Source: Promethearchaeota archaeon
GTDB lineage: Archaea > Asgardarchaeota > Lokiarchaeia > Sigyniarchaeales > SOKP01
Assembly (NCBI GenBank): GCA_019058365.1
Contig: JAHPZE010000001.1
Location: 288,001 to 352,000 of the forward strand
Length of the DNA: 64,000 nt
Reading direction: 5' to 3'
Below the pieces are notes generated by a model. The model saw only the letters and a list, made by a program, of their open reading frames with translations. It did not search any database and had not been told where the DNA came from. Both the position numbers and the translations under genes were made by a program. Each line of letters opens with the position of its first letter. Within the stretch, counting starts at the first letter, position 1. This document shows positions 1 through 10,194 of the stretch, piece after piece.

Positions 1-546
1 CCTGAAGAATATGATCTAAGAATAGCAGAATTGATACCACCCCCACAAATTGATTTAAATCAACTTGGGAATATCGATCCTAAATCTATTGCTATGAGAT
101 CATTAACTAGCGCAGCAAGTGTTACTGTTGAAGCAACAAAAACTAGAGCATGGCGTGCTGCTGAAATTCCTGCCGCAAATGGTCATGGGAATGCAAGATC
201 TGTTGCAAGAATATCAGCTGCAATTGCATGTGGTGGAATACTTGATGATGTAGATTTACTTTCGTTAGAAACAATTGAAAAAGTGTTGGAAGAACAAGTT
301 TATGGAACAGATTTAGTCTTGAATGTTCCAATACGTTTTGGTTTAGGTCTTGGACTTCAAAATAGGGAGCATCCTATTGGTCCAAATCAACGTATACTTT
401 ACTGGGGTGGATGGGGTGGTTCAGTATGTGTAATGGATCTTGATGCTAAATTGAGCATCGCCTATGTAATGAATAAAATGAATCCCTCACTCACAGAAGA
501 TATACGAAGTGCAAGGATTATTGATGCTTTATATAAATCATTGTAA
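1..546 (+). CDS. Serine hydrolase / beta-lactamase (EstA-like) family, C-terminal part (5' end outside window)
   Basis: AEIPAANGHGNARSVAR, FGLG and WGGWGGS...DLDAKLSIAYVMNKM motifs; frame open from base 1. Confidence 0.85.
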   Translation, partial: PEEYDLRIAELIPPPQIDLNQLGNIDPKSIAMRSLTSAASVTVEATKTRAWRAAEIPAANGHGNARSVARISAAIACGGILDDVDLLSLETIEKVLEEQVYGTDLVLNVPIRFGLGLGLQNREHPIGPNQRILYWGGWGGSVCVMDLDAKLSIAYVMNKMNPSLTEDIRSARIIDALYKSL

Positions 547-550
547 AGAG

Positions 551-1198
551 TTATTTTTTTTCAATTATATTTTGGTTTGAAAAATAGTAAATAGCATATG
601 CAGTAAACCCACCAAAAAAAGCATTAATTACCATCCAAGGTAAACAGAAGTAAGCTACTCCTAGAAAGGTTCCAGGATCTGTAAATGATCCCGCTCCCCA
701 CCCTACTTTATAAAAGAAACCAATGGCAATTATCGTTGTTATGAAATATGTAAGACTCATGACAACACCCGTAAGCCCTGCAACAAATTTTTCATTAATA
801 GAGGTATTTTCTCTAAGTAATTTATATGAAATATCCCCAGAAAGCCCTGTCAATAAGCCAAAAATGCAGTATCCGATAACACACCAAAGACTAATTAATA
901 CTTCTAATTCAAAATATGCTTCTACAAAAAAACCTATTACCGCATAAGGAATCCATATAAGAAATCCCATACCAAACTTTCTACTTTTTAAAATTGCGTA
1001 TACAACAATTAAACTACTAAAGTAAGAGATTATATATACATAGAACATGCCCATGCCATAATAAGGATCCAAAACACCAAATCCTTGAGTATCAGTTCCA
1101 GAGTAAAAATCCCAGAAAAAAACAGAGAAATTTAGTAATATCATCAATAAAAGACTATAAATTAGCCAAATCTTTATTAGTTCTTTATTATCCTTCAT
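551..1198 (-). CDS. Hypothetical multi-pass membrane protein (possibly ECF S-component-like)
   Basis: 215 aa, about 6 hydrophobic segments; KFG..L and GL..D pattern. Confidence 0.55.
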   Translation of the reverse strand: MKDNKELIKIWLIYSLLLMILLNFSVFFWDFYSGTDTQGFGVLDPYYGMGMFYVYIISYFSSLIVVYAILKSRKFGMGFLIWIPYAVIGFFVEAYFELEVLISLWCVIGYCIFGLLTGLSGDISYKLLRENTSINEKFVAGLTGVVMSLTYFITTIIAIGFFYKVGWGAGSFTDPGTFLGVAYFCLPWMVINAFFGGFTAYAIYYFSNQNIIEKK

Positions 1199-1294
1199 AA
1201 TTAACTGTACAATTTTTATTGATTACTAATATTTAGCTTTATTATATTTATATGATTAAGATAGACCATTTGTTATTAATTTAAATGATATAAT

Positions 1295-1798
1295 TTGCCA
1301 AATTGTTTTTATTGTAATATTGGTATTGGAGATCTGCCATATAGATGTAAATTTTGTGGTATGGTTTTTTGTAATAAGCATAGGCTCCCAGAAAATCATG
1401 AATGTCCTTTTGACTTAAGAAAAAAGGATTTTTCTATAAATACTTTAGATCAACCTCTATACCAAGATGCTCTGGAATATATGAATAAAGAATTGACAGT
1501 AGCTAAAATATATGATTATGTTACTACTAACTCAATTACAAAAGCCGAAGCTGTTGAATTATTAAAATATTTTATAGAGAATAGTGAAAATAGTGAAATT
1601 AGAAAGATTAGTATCCTCGCATTTAAGGTTTTAGAACTTAAAAGCAATAGAGCATATAATGCTCTCGAAAGTTGTTTTCTTTCAGATGAAGATCCCGAGG
1701 TCAAGAAAATTGCTGAAATAGTAATCTCTTACAATTTTCCAGAGAAAAGCAAAGACTTATTGGATTGGATTAGAAGACTTAATAAAAATTTGAAATAG
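1295..1798 (+). CDS. AN1-type zinc finger protein with C-terminal HEAT-like repeats
   Basis: CFYC..PYRCKFCGMVFCNKHRLPENHEC fits zf-AN1; LSDEDPEVKKIA is HEAT-like. Confidence 0.85.
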   Translation: MPNCFYCNIGIGDLPYRCKFCGMVFCNKHRLPENHECPFDLRKKDFSINTLDQPLYQDALEYMNKELTVAKIYDYVTTNSITKAEAVELLKYFIENSENSEIRKISILAFKVLELKSNRAYNALESCFLSDEDPEVKKIAEIVISYNFPEKSKDLLDWIRRLNKNLK

Positions 1799-1887
1799 TA
1801 ATTTAATAAGTGAAAGGACAATTTAACAAGAAAGAAGAGAAAAAAAAGAAATATTAAATTATCTTTTCTTTATATTTTTTTTTAAGC

Positions 1888-3171
1888 TTATATAGCAGAA
1901 CTAAATACAGTTTCTTCAAATGTTTTTTTTTTATTATTGTTATTTACTCGAGTGTGAGCAATCCACCATAGTATTAGAGTAATTATCATTCCTATAATTG
2001 AAAAGGAAAGAAACAAGTTTGATACTCCTATTATCTCAGATAAAGGTCCTGCTATTATAGTTGCAATGGGAGTTATTGCTGATGAGATCGCCCAATCAAG
2101 GGAAGAAAGCCGTCCCATTTTATCTGCTGGAACTTTTAATTGCATTATTGTTAAATAAATTGTATTAAGGATTGGAATAGTTATACCTGTAATACCAACT
2201 ACAATACCCATCATTAAAAATAATCGAAATGGAGTTATGGCAACAATTCCACTATTCATCATTAAGATAAATTCAAGTCCAAAGTAGATGAAAAGAGCAT
2301 GTTTCCACTCTTTTTTTATGGTAGTTAATAATGCACCTAAAAGCATACCTCCATTCATAAAAGCTAAAAGAAATGCTAAATTTGAAGGATCACCTGAATG
2401 GTTATATCTAATGAAATATGGCATTAATATATTAAATGGAGTTAATAGAAAATTAATAAACATTGATATTAAAAGCATCATAAAAACTAAAGGAATTGAT
2501 TTCAATGTACGAAATCCAATTTTGAAATCTTCTAGAAATGAATTCTTTTCAATATTTGCGTCTTCCCTCTTAATTTTAGGAATTTTAATTACTAACAACG
2601 GAATAAGAGCAATGATAAAAGTTAGTGGATCAATCCAAAGTATGGTTTTAAGTGGCATAAATGAGAACATCAAAGCACCTATTACTGGCCCCATGATTTG
2701 AATGAAACTTCTAAAAAAAAAATTTACCCCATTCATTCTACTTAATTTTTCCTTCGGTACCATTGTTGGAACAATCGCACTTACCGTTGGGATATGAAAA
2801 CCTTGAAAGATTCCTAGCAGACTCATTATCGCAACAATTAATATCAGATTTTGCCCTCCAATGTTAAAGATTATTATTACCAGAAGCATTACATATGCTT
2901 GGAGCGAATCTACTACCACAATAAGGGTTTTTCGATTCCATTTATCAATTACTACACCAGATAAAGCAACAACAATTGTCATTGGTAAGACATATAAGAA
3001 ACTTGCTAATGAAAGAAGAATTGTGCTCCCTGTTGTATCAGTTATCCACCAAATAATAGCAAATTGTGAAATTGATGATCCTAATACTGAAAAAAGTTGT
3101 CCGATCCAAAAAACGATATAATTCTTAAAGGTATGGTTATTTGCTAATTCTTCTGTTATTTTCTTCACCAT
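1888..3171 (-). CDS. MFS transporter (DHA3/MefA-like)
   Basis: WIGQLFSVLGS, GVVIDKWNRK, MVPKEKLSR; about 12 TM. Confidence 0.9.
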   Translation of the reverse strand: MVKKITEELANNHTFKNYIVFWIGQLFSVLGSSISQFAIIWWITDTTGSTILLSLASFLYVLPMTIVVALSGVVIDKWNRKTLIVVVDSLQAYVMLLVIIIFNIGGQNLILIVAIMSLLGIFQGFHIPTVSAIVPTMVPKEKLSRMNGVNFFFRSFIQIMGPVIGALMFSFMPLKTILWIDPLTFIIALIPLLVIKIPKIKREDANIEKNSFLEDFKIGFRTLKSIPLVFMMLLISMFINFLLTPFNILMPYFIRYNHSGDPSNLAFLLAFMNGGMLLGALLTTIKKEWKHALFIYFGLEFILMMNSGIVAITPFRLFLMMGIVVGITGITIPILNTIYLTIMQLKVPADKMGRLSSLDWAISSAITPIATIIAGPLSEIIGVSNLFLSFSIIGMIITLILWWIAHTRVNNNNKKKTFEETVFSSAI

Positions 3172-3204
3172 CTTTTATTAGGGTTTAAAAAAAAAAGATA
3201 GAAA

Positions 3205-4491
3205 TTAGATTGAAATTTTCTCTATATTATCATTAATCTCTTCGAGTGCTCTTCTACTATCAATATCAATTTTCCTAATACCCGTAAAGCTCCAAAAACC
3301 TACGGTAACTATGACTCCGAGGAATCCACAGTAAAAAAACAAAGATGGAATACCTAATATTACTGCTAATGGCCCCGCTGCTAATGATCCAATAGGCGAT
3401 ATCACTGAAGATAAAGCTTGGTCAATTGAGCTTACTCTACCCAATTTATCAGAAGGTACTGTAGTTTGTAAAAAAGTCTGATAAAGGGAATTAATTATCG
3501 GTAAATTGAATCCCAGAATAACACCACCCAAAATTATAATGTAATAGTTTCCTACAGGTGCCAATGCGAAAATCATGTATCCCACCAAGGCTATTACAAG
3601 ACTAATAAAAATGACTTTAAGTTTATTACCCCAATTCTTCTTAATTGTGGTCACTAGAGCTCCAATAATCATACCTCCTGTAAAAGCCATTTCAGTGAGT
3701 GCTAAATGCCCTACTTCCCCTCCATGAACATCTAAGATGAATAAAGGCATTAGTGCATTGACAGGTTGGATTAAGAAATTAAGTAGCATAGATAAAATTA
3801 CCATTATGACTAAACCCGGAATTAATTTTAATGTTTTAAAACCTAATCTAAACTCTCTAATAAAGGAACTTTTTTCAACATTTCTTTCAGTATGATTAAT
3901 TTGATTAACTGAAGGAATAGTTATCAATAGTAATGGTACTAAAGCAATGAAGAATGTTATAATGTCTATCCAGAAAATCATATACACTGATAAAAATACT
4001 AATAACATTGCCCCTATAAATGGTGCTAAAAGTTGAACTACACCTGTAAATAAAAAGTTAACTCCATTAATTCGTGATAATTTATCTTTAGGAACCATTG
4101 TTGGAATTATAGCATTGACAGTAGGTACATGGAACGCCTGAAAAGCACTGCGTAAACTGATAAAGATATAAACAATCCAAAGATTTATTATCCCGAATTG
4201 AAAGAAAAGTATCAATGCAAAGGTAACAAATGCCTGTAAAGAATCTGCAATTAAAATCAACATTTTTCGATTAATCCTATCCGCAAAAACTCCTGCTAAA
4301 GGCATACAAACAGTCATCGTTAGCACATATAAAAATGAAGCAAAAGCACTTATCATAGGATTCTTGTAAACATCTGCAATCCAAAACGTTATTACAAAAA
4401 ATACCACTGTCGAACCTAATAAAGAGAATAATTGACCTATCCAAAAGAACAAATAATTTCTAAATGTTTCCCTATTCGCATATTCTTGCAT
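3205..4491 (-). CDS. MFS transporter (DHA3/MefA-like)
   Basis: WIGQLFSLLGS, GVFADRINRK; paralogue of both neighbours. Confidence 0.9.
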   Translation of the reverse strand: MQEYANRETFRNYLFFWIGQLFSLLGSTVVFFVITFWIADVYKNPMISAFASFLYVLTMTVCMPLAGVFADRINRKMLILIADSLQAFVTFALILFFQFGIINLWIVYIFISLRSAFQAFHVPTVNAIIPTMVPKDKLSRINGVNFLFTGVVQLLAPFIGAMLLVFLSVYMIFWIDIITFFIALVPLLLITIPSVNQINHTERNVEKSSFIREFRLGFKTLKLIPGLVIMVILSMLLNFLIQPVNALMPLFILDVHGGEVGHLALTEMAFTGGMIIGALVTTIKKNWGNKLKVIFISLVIALVGYMIFALAPVGNYYIIILGGVILGFNLPIINSLYQTFLQTTVPSDKLGRVSSIDQALSSVISPIGSLAAGPLAVILGIPSLFFYCGFLGVIVTVGFWSFTGIRKIDIDSRRALEEINDNIEKISI

Positions 4492-4528
4492 TCTATTTCC
4501 CCTAATTTTCTAATTTTTTACATTTTTT

Positions 4529-5797
4529 TTAAATTTCTTCATTTACGTTATTGCTATTGCCATTAATGTCTTTATCATAATCCACGTGTCGAAGCCCTGT
4601 GAACATATAAGCGAAGATTGATGTAAGTATCCCTAATATTGCACAATAAAAATATAACCATGATACACCAAAAATCTCACTTAAAGGCCCAGAGATAATC
4701 GCTCCTATAGGTGAAGCAACCATGACAAGTGTATTCAGAATAGAAAAAACTCTACCCATTTTATCTTTAGGGATTGTTTTTTGCACAACCGTTAGTACTA
4801 TTGTATTTACAACTGGTAAAAATAAACCAAGTATAAATGCTCCTGAACCCATCACTGGAAAAGCTCCAATAGGAGCAATAGCATACATTAAATATCCTAT
4901 ATTTATAGTAATTATTCCAATAAACATAGTTCTAATTGAATTATTCCACTTCTTTTTAAATGAAGGGATTAGGGCACCCACAATCATACCACCCTGCAAA
5001 ATCATTTCCAATAAAGCTAGTATAAAATTATTTCCACTGTGGACTACTTTTATAAAATAAGGCATAAGTACCGTAAAGGGTTGAATTAACATATTTAATA
5101 ACATTGCAATAAATATAATTGTCATTAACCCTGGGAAATTTCGAATTACTGCAAAACCTTCCCTCATATCCTTTATAAATGAATTCTTTTTACTTTGTTC
5201 TAGATTAATACAAACACTAGGAATTTTAATTAGCAACAATGGAATCAAAGCAATGAAGTAGGTAATTACATCAGCCCATAATACAATTTGTATCGGAAAA
5301 AATAATAATAAAGTTGCCCCGATTGCTGGTCCTATCAATTGAATAAGCCCCGTAAAAAAATAGTTAATACCATTTATTCTTCCCAATTTATCCTTAGGAA
5401 CCATTGAAGGCATTATTGCCCCTACCGTTGGAGAATGAAATGACTGAAATACACTCCTAATACCTATAAATATAAACACAATCCATACTTCAGCAGCTTT
5501 GAATATAAAAATTAAAGTCAAAATGAATGTAAAAAATGCCTGTAAAGAATCTGCAATTATAATTATTGTTTTTCGATTATGCCGATCTGATATTACGCCT
5601 GCAAAAGGGGTTATAATTAACATTGGAATCAAGAAAATAAAATTCCCTAAAGCCAACATTGATGCGCTTCCAGTTACGTCTGTAATCCATATGAATATTA
5701 CAAAAAAGACCACTAATGACCCTAACAATGAAAATAACTGCCCTGACCAAAAAAAGATATAACTCCTAAATGTATACTCATTTGCTAATTCTGCCAT
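4529..5797 (-). CDS. MFS transporter (DHA3/MefA-like)
   Basis: WSGQLFSLLGS, GVISDRHNRK. Confidence 0.9.
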   Translation of the reverse strand: MAELANEYTFRSYIFFWSGQLFSLLGSLVVFFVIFIWITDVTGSASMLALGNFIFLIPMLIITPFAGVISDRHNRKTIIIIADSLQAFFTFILTLIFIFKAAEVWIVFIFIGIRSVFQSFHSPTVGAIMPSMVPKDKLGRINGINYFFTGLIQLIGPAIGATLLLFFPIQIVLWADVITYFIALIPLLLIKIPSVCINLEQSKKNSFIKDMREGFAVIRNFPGLMTIIFIAMLLNMLIQPFTVLMPYFIKVVHSGNNFILALLEMILQGGMIVGALIPSFKKKWNNSIRTMFIGIITINIGYLMYAIAPIGAFPVMGSGAFILGLFLPVVNTIVLTVVQKTIPKDKMGRVFSILNTLVMVASPIGAIISGPLSEIFGVSWLYFYCAILGILTSIFAYMFTGLRHVDYDKDINGNSNNVNEEI

Positions 5798-5872
5798 AAA
5801 TATTCCCTAATTCCCTAATTATTTTAGAAAAAATTCCACTTTTTTAATTTTCAGATTTTAAATTTTCAGATT

Positions 5873-6982
5873 TTAAATTTTCCATTTTCCGTCTTCATAA
5901 ATTATTTTATCATCAGCTAAAATTTTAGAGCCTGGGACAGTCATATCCTTTAGTATATCCCAATGTATCCCGCTTTTATTTTTTGAGCCAGCCTCTTCAA
6001 TTCCAGAACCAAGTGCGCAATGAATCGTACCCCCCATTTTTTCATCGAAAAGCATATTTTTTGTAAATCGAGTAATACCATAATTCGTCCCTATTGCAAA
6101 TTCACCTATTATATTAGCATTTTCTATTTTTAATATTTCTTTTAAAAATTCTCCTCCCTTTTCTGCTGAGGATTTTATTACCTTACCCTCTTTAAATTCC
6201 AAATATATATTTTGGATTTCTTTTCCTTGAAATATACCCGGATATGTAAATCTAATGTGACCATTAACAGAATCTTCTACTGGTGCGGTTAATACTTCAC
6301 CATCGGGCAGATTTAGATGGCCACATTCATTTATCCATAATCTTCCTTTAACTGACATTCTTAGATCAGTGTCCTCTCCAATTACTTGGATTTTTTCGGT
6401 ATCTTTTAAGTGTTTACAGATCTTATCCTGTCTTTTATCCATCTCTAACCATTCTTTAACCGGATCTTCCTTATCTAAAAATAAGGCCTTCTCTATGAAA
6501 TCAAAATAAGAAGAGAGATCCACATTTGCTTCTTGAGCAAATGCATTGCATGGAAATGGCAATGCTAAATATTTTAGGTCTTTAGTACCTATTCTCTTCA
6601 TTAAAATACCCCAAAGTTCCCTATTTGCTGGTGATCCTTGAACTTTTCCTAGTAATTTTGGATCAACCATACTCATTTTTCGAGTATTATAATCTCCAGA
6701 TATTTCTATATGAGAATCAAATTCTTGAACTATTGATTTAAATATAGGATCTACATAAACTAATTGTTCTTCAGAAGCATATTTTAATTTTAGTTCTTGA
6801 ATTCCTTCAATTCTCACATCAAGAAAAGGATAGCCTCCAGCTTTAATGATTTCGATATATAAAGCCTGGAAAAGCTCTTTTGCTAATGTATATCCATTAA
6901 TAGAGACTCTTTCTCCCTTCTTTATGTTAACAGAATAATTTACTGCTAATTTGGCTAACTTTTCATAAAATGGATTAATCAT
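5873..6982 (-). CDS. Aminopeptidase, peptidase M29 (AmpS/AmpT) family
   Basis: NLPDGEV, GEFAIGTN, LFDEKMGGTIHCALG, IHWDI. Confidence 0.93.
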   Translation of the reverse strand: MINPFYEKLAKLAVNYSVNIKKGERVSINGYTLAKELFQALYIEIIKAGGYPFLDVRIEGIQELKLKYASEEQLVYVDPIFKSIVQEFDSHIEISGDYNTRKMSMVDPKLLGKVQGSPANRELWGILMKRIGTKDLKYLALPFPCNAFAQEANVDLSSYFDFIEKALFLDKEDPVKEWLEMDKRQDKICKHLKDTEKIQVIGEDTDLRMSVKGRLWINECGHLNLPDGEVLTAPVEDSVNGHIRFTYPGIFQGKEIQNIYLEFKEGKVIKSSAEKGGEFLKEILKIENANIIGEFAIGTNYGITRFTKNMLFDEKMGGTIHCALGSGIEEAGSKNKSGIHWDILKDMTVPGSKILADDKIIYEDGKWKI

Positions 6983-7076
6983 TTTGTGTTTTAACCTCTT
7001 ATTATAATATTTTTTTTAATTAATTTATTCAATTTTGACATGAACTATTTTTTATCTGTTCTTTTTATTATTTAAC

Positions 7077-8186
7077 TTATATTTTCCATTTTCCTTCTTC
7101 ATATATTATATTATCATCTGCTACTATTTTTGATCCTGGCAATTTCATGTCTTTCAGTATATCCCAATGAACTGAAGAGATATTTTTAGAGCCAGCTTCC
7201 TCAAAACCAAGCCCTAATGCACAATGTAATGTGCCACCGAGCTTTTCATCAAACAACATATTTTTTGTGAATTTAGTAATCCCATAATTTGTCCCAATCG
7301 CGAATTCTCCAATTCTGTTGGCGTTCTCCACTTTCAATAGATCTTGAAGAATATCTTCACCCTTTGCTGCAGTTGCTTTAATTACTTCTCCATCTTTAAA
7401 CTCTAAATAGATATTTTCGACTTCTTTCCCCATATATATCCCTGGATATGTAAATCGAATATAACCATTAACAGAATCTTCAATAGGACTAGTATAAACT
7501 TCACCATCAGGTAAATTTGTTTGACCACAACAATTTATCCATTTTCGACCTTCAACTGATAGCAATAAATCTGTATCTTCTCCAATAACCTGAATTTGCT
7601 TAATTTTATTTAAGTTTTCTATAATTAAGTCTTGTTTTTTCTTCATTTTCCGCCATTCTTCAATTGGATTTTCACGATCTAAGAATAAACTCTTAACTAC
7701 AAAAGCGGAATATGACAATAAATCCATATTTGCTTCTTGAGCATGAGCATTGCAAGGATAAGGAATTACAATCCATTTTAATTCACCCGTTGAAGTTCTC
7801 TGCTTCATTATCTTCCTTAACTCAGCCCTTTTAGGAACACCCATATAGGTTGATAATTTCTTAGAATCAACGTTACTATATTTACGAGTATTATAATCAG
7901 CGTGTATTTCAATTAAACGATCAAATTCAGTAAATATTAACTCTTCAGTTTTATCAACATATACTAACTGTTCTTCTGAAGCATATTGAAAAAAAGTCTC
8001 TCTTATCCCTTCCAAACTTGGAACAATAAGAGGGTAAGCACCAGCTTTAATTATTTCCATATTTAAAGCTTGAAATAATTCTTTCGCAATTGTAGGCCCC
8101 GTTATATAAACCGTATGCCCTTTCTCTATCTCAAGCGAATATTCAACTACAATTTTTGCTAACTTTTCGTAAATAGGATTAATCAT
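7077..8186 (-). CDS. Aminopeptidase, peptidase M29 family (tandem paralogue)
   Basis: NLPDGEV, GEFAIGTN, LFDEKLGGTLHCALG, VHWDI. Confidence 0.93.
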   Translation of the reverse strand: MINPIYEKLAKIVVEYSLEIEKGHTVYITGPTIAKELFQALNMEIIKAGAYPLIVPSLEGIRETFFQYASEEQLVYVDKTEELIFTEFDRLIEIHADYNTRKYSNVDSKKLSTYMGVPKRAELRKIMKQRTSTGELKWIVIPYPCNAHAQEANMDLLSYSAFVVKSLFLDRENPIEEWRKMKKKQDLIIENLNKIKQIQVIGEDTDLLLSVEGRKWINCCGQTNLPDGEVYTSPIEDSVNGYIRFTYPGIYMGKEVENIYLEFKDGEVIKATAAKGEDILQDLLKVENANRIGEFAIGTNYGITKFTKNMLFDEKLGGTLHCALGLGFEEAGSKNISSVHWDILKDMKLPGSKIVADDNIIYEEGKWKI

Positions 8187-8206
8187 TTTGATTTCTCCCT
8201 CCTTAT

Positions 8207-9130
8207 TTATATTTTATCAATTAATTCATTTAGTTTTGAAATAACTTCTTCTGATGTACTCGTGAATTTGAACACACCTTCCTCTAAAGTACCCTCAATA
8301 CCATCGGCAGCTATCTCATATACCATATTTTCAGCATCCTCATTTGACTTACCTAATGCTTGAGCTAATTTATCAATAGGTATACTATTATATAGTTTGA
8401 TTAGTCCACTTACCCTCTTTTTAATCCGTTCTTTTTTAGTTTCCGTATCAATTGTCAATTTAATTTCATGTTTCCCTTTCTTCTTTTTGCCAAATTTCTG
8501 TTCAAATTTTTCACCTATTTCCTCTATACCTGAATCTTTTACCACTTGTTCGATATCTTCTCCCATTAATTCCAAATTACGACCTAGTCGTTCTAATTTT
8601 GCTATGTCCCCTATATTATTCTTTACAAATTTCATGGACTTTCGAACCAACTCTGATACTGAAGCACCTAATCCTTCAGCCCAATCTCTCCATTCCTCAC
8701 TCATATCAGGATCAACAGAAATATTTATTCTGGCTGCTTTCTTTTTTGCTTTTTCTACTTTTTTTTGAACTTTTTCAGTAAATTTCGCTTCATGTTTTTT
8801 AATTTTCTCTTTTAATAACTTAAGCTTCTCTTTTGCATGATTAATTTGCTCCCTTGCATCATCTCCATAATATTCTAATTCTCCCTTTATATCACCAACT
8901 TCATCAAGTAAGGATTCTCGTTCTTCCATAAGATCTTCCAGTTCATCTCTCAAATCATCCTTTATATCATCTGCCTGATCTCTTAAATCGTCAATTACGT
9001 CCTTTAATTCATCATGTAAATCGTCTAACTCGAACATAAGCTCATCGCGAATATCATTTAACTCCCATCTGACCCTACTTCTCTCTTCTTCTCTTTCTTC
9101 GTTTGCATTCCATTTTTCATTATTCGGCAT
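8207..9130 (-). CDS. Coiled-coil protein with central ribbon-helix-helix and C-terminal PCI-like winged helix
   Basis: Acidic heptads; RINISVD..MSEEWRDWAEGLGASVSELVRKSM (RHH); LYNSIPIDKLAQALG..EDAENMVYEIAADGIEGTL (PCI-like). Confidence 0.7.
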   Translation of the reverse strand: MPNNEKWNANEEREEERSRVRWELNDIRDELMFELDDLHDELKDVIDDLRDQADDIKDDLRDELEDLMEERESLLDEVGDIKGELEYYGDDAREQINHAKEKLKLLKEKIKKHEAKFTEKVQKKVEKAKKKAARINISVDPDMSEEWRDWAEGLGASVSELVRKSMKFVKNNIGDIAKLERLGRNLELMGEDIEQVVKDSGIEEIGEKFEQKFGKKKKGKHEIKLTIDTETKKERIKKRVSGLIKLYNSIPIDKLAQALGKSNEDAENMVYEIAADGIEGTLEEGVFKFTSTSEEVISKLNELIDKI

Positions 9131-9171
9131 TTTGATTCCTCCTTTTTTTATGGTATAAGTTTTATTTACAT

Positions 9172-9852
9172 CTAAAAGTGCAAATCCTCTTCTTTAATTT
9201 GAATCGGCTTATTCGCTAAAATAGTTTTATCTTGAACATCAATACGATTAACATAGTATACTGTCCCCAAAACCTCTGTATTTCTACCTATTATCACATC
9301 TCGACCTTTAACGTCCCCATCAACAAGAAGTTTCATAAGTTCAATATTATTTCTTGCTAATATGGTGCCAACCACTTTATTAGGATGTTTATATATATTG
9401 ATACCAAACCCTCGACGACCAATAATCACATCAGTTCCACTAACATTTCCATAAATTGTACTTGATCCTGAAATAATTACACTTTCTAATGTTAAAAGCT
9501 CACCCTGAACTCTTGCTGAGCCTGAACTTTTAAACCCATCAATAGCTTCAACCTTCATACCTGCTCTAAATGAACCTGAACTATGAAGTTTTCCCTTAAT
9601 TAACACTTCCCCGTCAACTGACATTGAACCAGATGATCTGAGATTACCATCTCCATAAAGGTTTCCTATAAGTCTAAATGACCCAGAATTTACGATATCA
9701 CCATAAACTGTCAAATTCCCTGTGCCTCTTGTAGAACCAGATGAATGAAACCCATTACATTCAAAATTTCCCTTTATTTTAGCGGAACCTGAAATCTGTA
9801 TCTCATCATTTATTTTTCCCTCGGAAAGTGTTCCTGATCCAGAAATTTTCAT
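9172..9852 (-). CDS. Polymer-forming cytoskeletal protein (bactofilin, YhbE/YhbF-like)
   Basis: Repeated xSGSxxxxGxL beta-helix units; IGRNTEVLGTVYY tail; GGAGG RBS. Confidence 0.85.
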   Translation of the reverse strand: MKISGSGTLSEGKINDEIQISGSAKIKGNFECNGFHSSGSTRGTGNLTVYGDIVNSGSFRLIGNLYGDGNLRSSGSMSVDGEVLIKGKLHSSGSFRAGMKVEAIDGFKSSGSARVQGELLTLESVIISGSSTIYGNVSGTDVIIGRRGFGINIYKHPNKVVGTILARNNIELMKLLVDGDVKGRDVIIGRNTEVLGTVYYVNRIDVQDKTILANKPIQIKEEDLHF

Positions 9853-9874
9853 ATTATTTTTACCTCCTTTTTAT

Positions 9875-9973
9875 TTAAAATAATATTCTAAAAGACCATG
9901 ATTTAGTTTTTATTTTAGTTTTTATTGCTTTAATATTTACATATCCTTTTTCTTTACTTTCTGTTTTATTCAT
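9875..9973 (-). CDS. Small ORF, 32 aa (MNKTESKEKGYVNIKAIKTKIKTKSWSFRILF)
   Basis: GGAGGT RBS 7 nt before ATG; ends just upstream of the bactofilin RBS. Confidence 0.5.
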   Translation of the reverse strand: MNKTESKEKGYVNIKAIKTKIKTKSWSFRILF

Positions 9974-10070
9974 TTTTCTAACCTCCAATTCTTTTTTCTT
10001 TTCCAAATCTTAAGTTTATAAAAATCTAATTTTTTTGATTATTATGATAAAAAAATAAAAAAAATTGTAT

Positions 10071-10154
10071 TTAGAAATACATTTTGCCAATATCCGCTCT
10101 TTTCGCGTCAAAATGGACCTTAACGTTCTTATAAGATTCATAACTATTTTCCAT
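10071..10154 (-). CDS. Small ORF, 27 aa (MENSYESYKNVKVHFDAKRADIGKMYF)
   Basis: GGTGG RBS before ATG; alternative in-frame ATG at 10169. Confidence 0.4.
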   Translation of the reverse strand: MENSYESYKNVKVHFDAKRADIGKMYF

Positions 10155-10194
10155 TTTTTTTTCCACCATTTTTTTTTTTTTTTAATTTTTTTTG

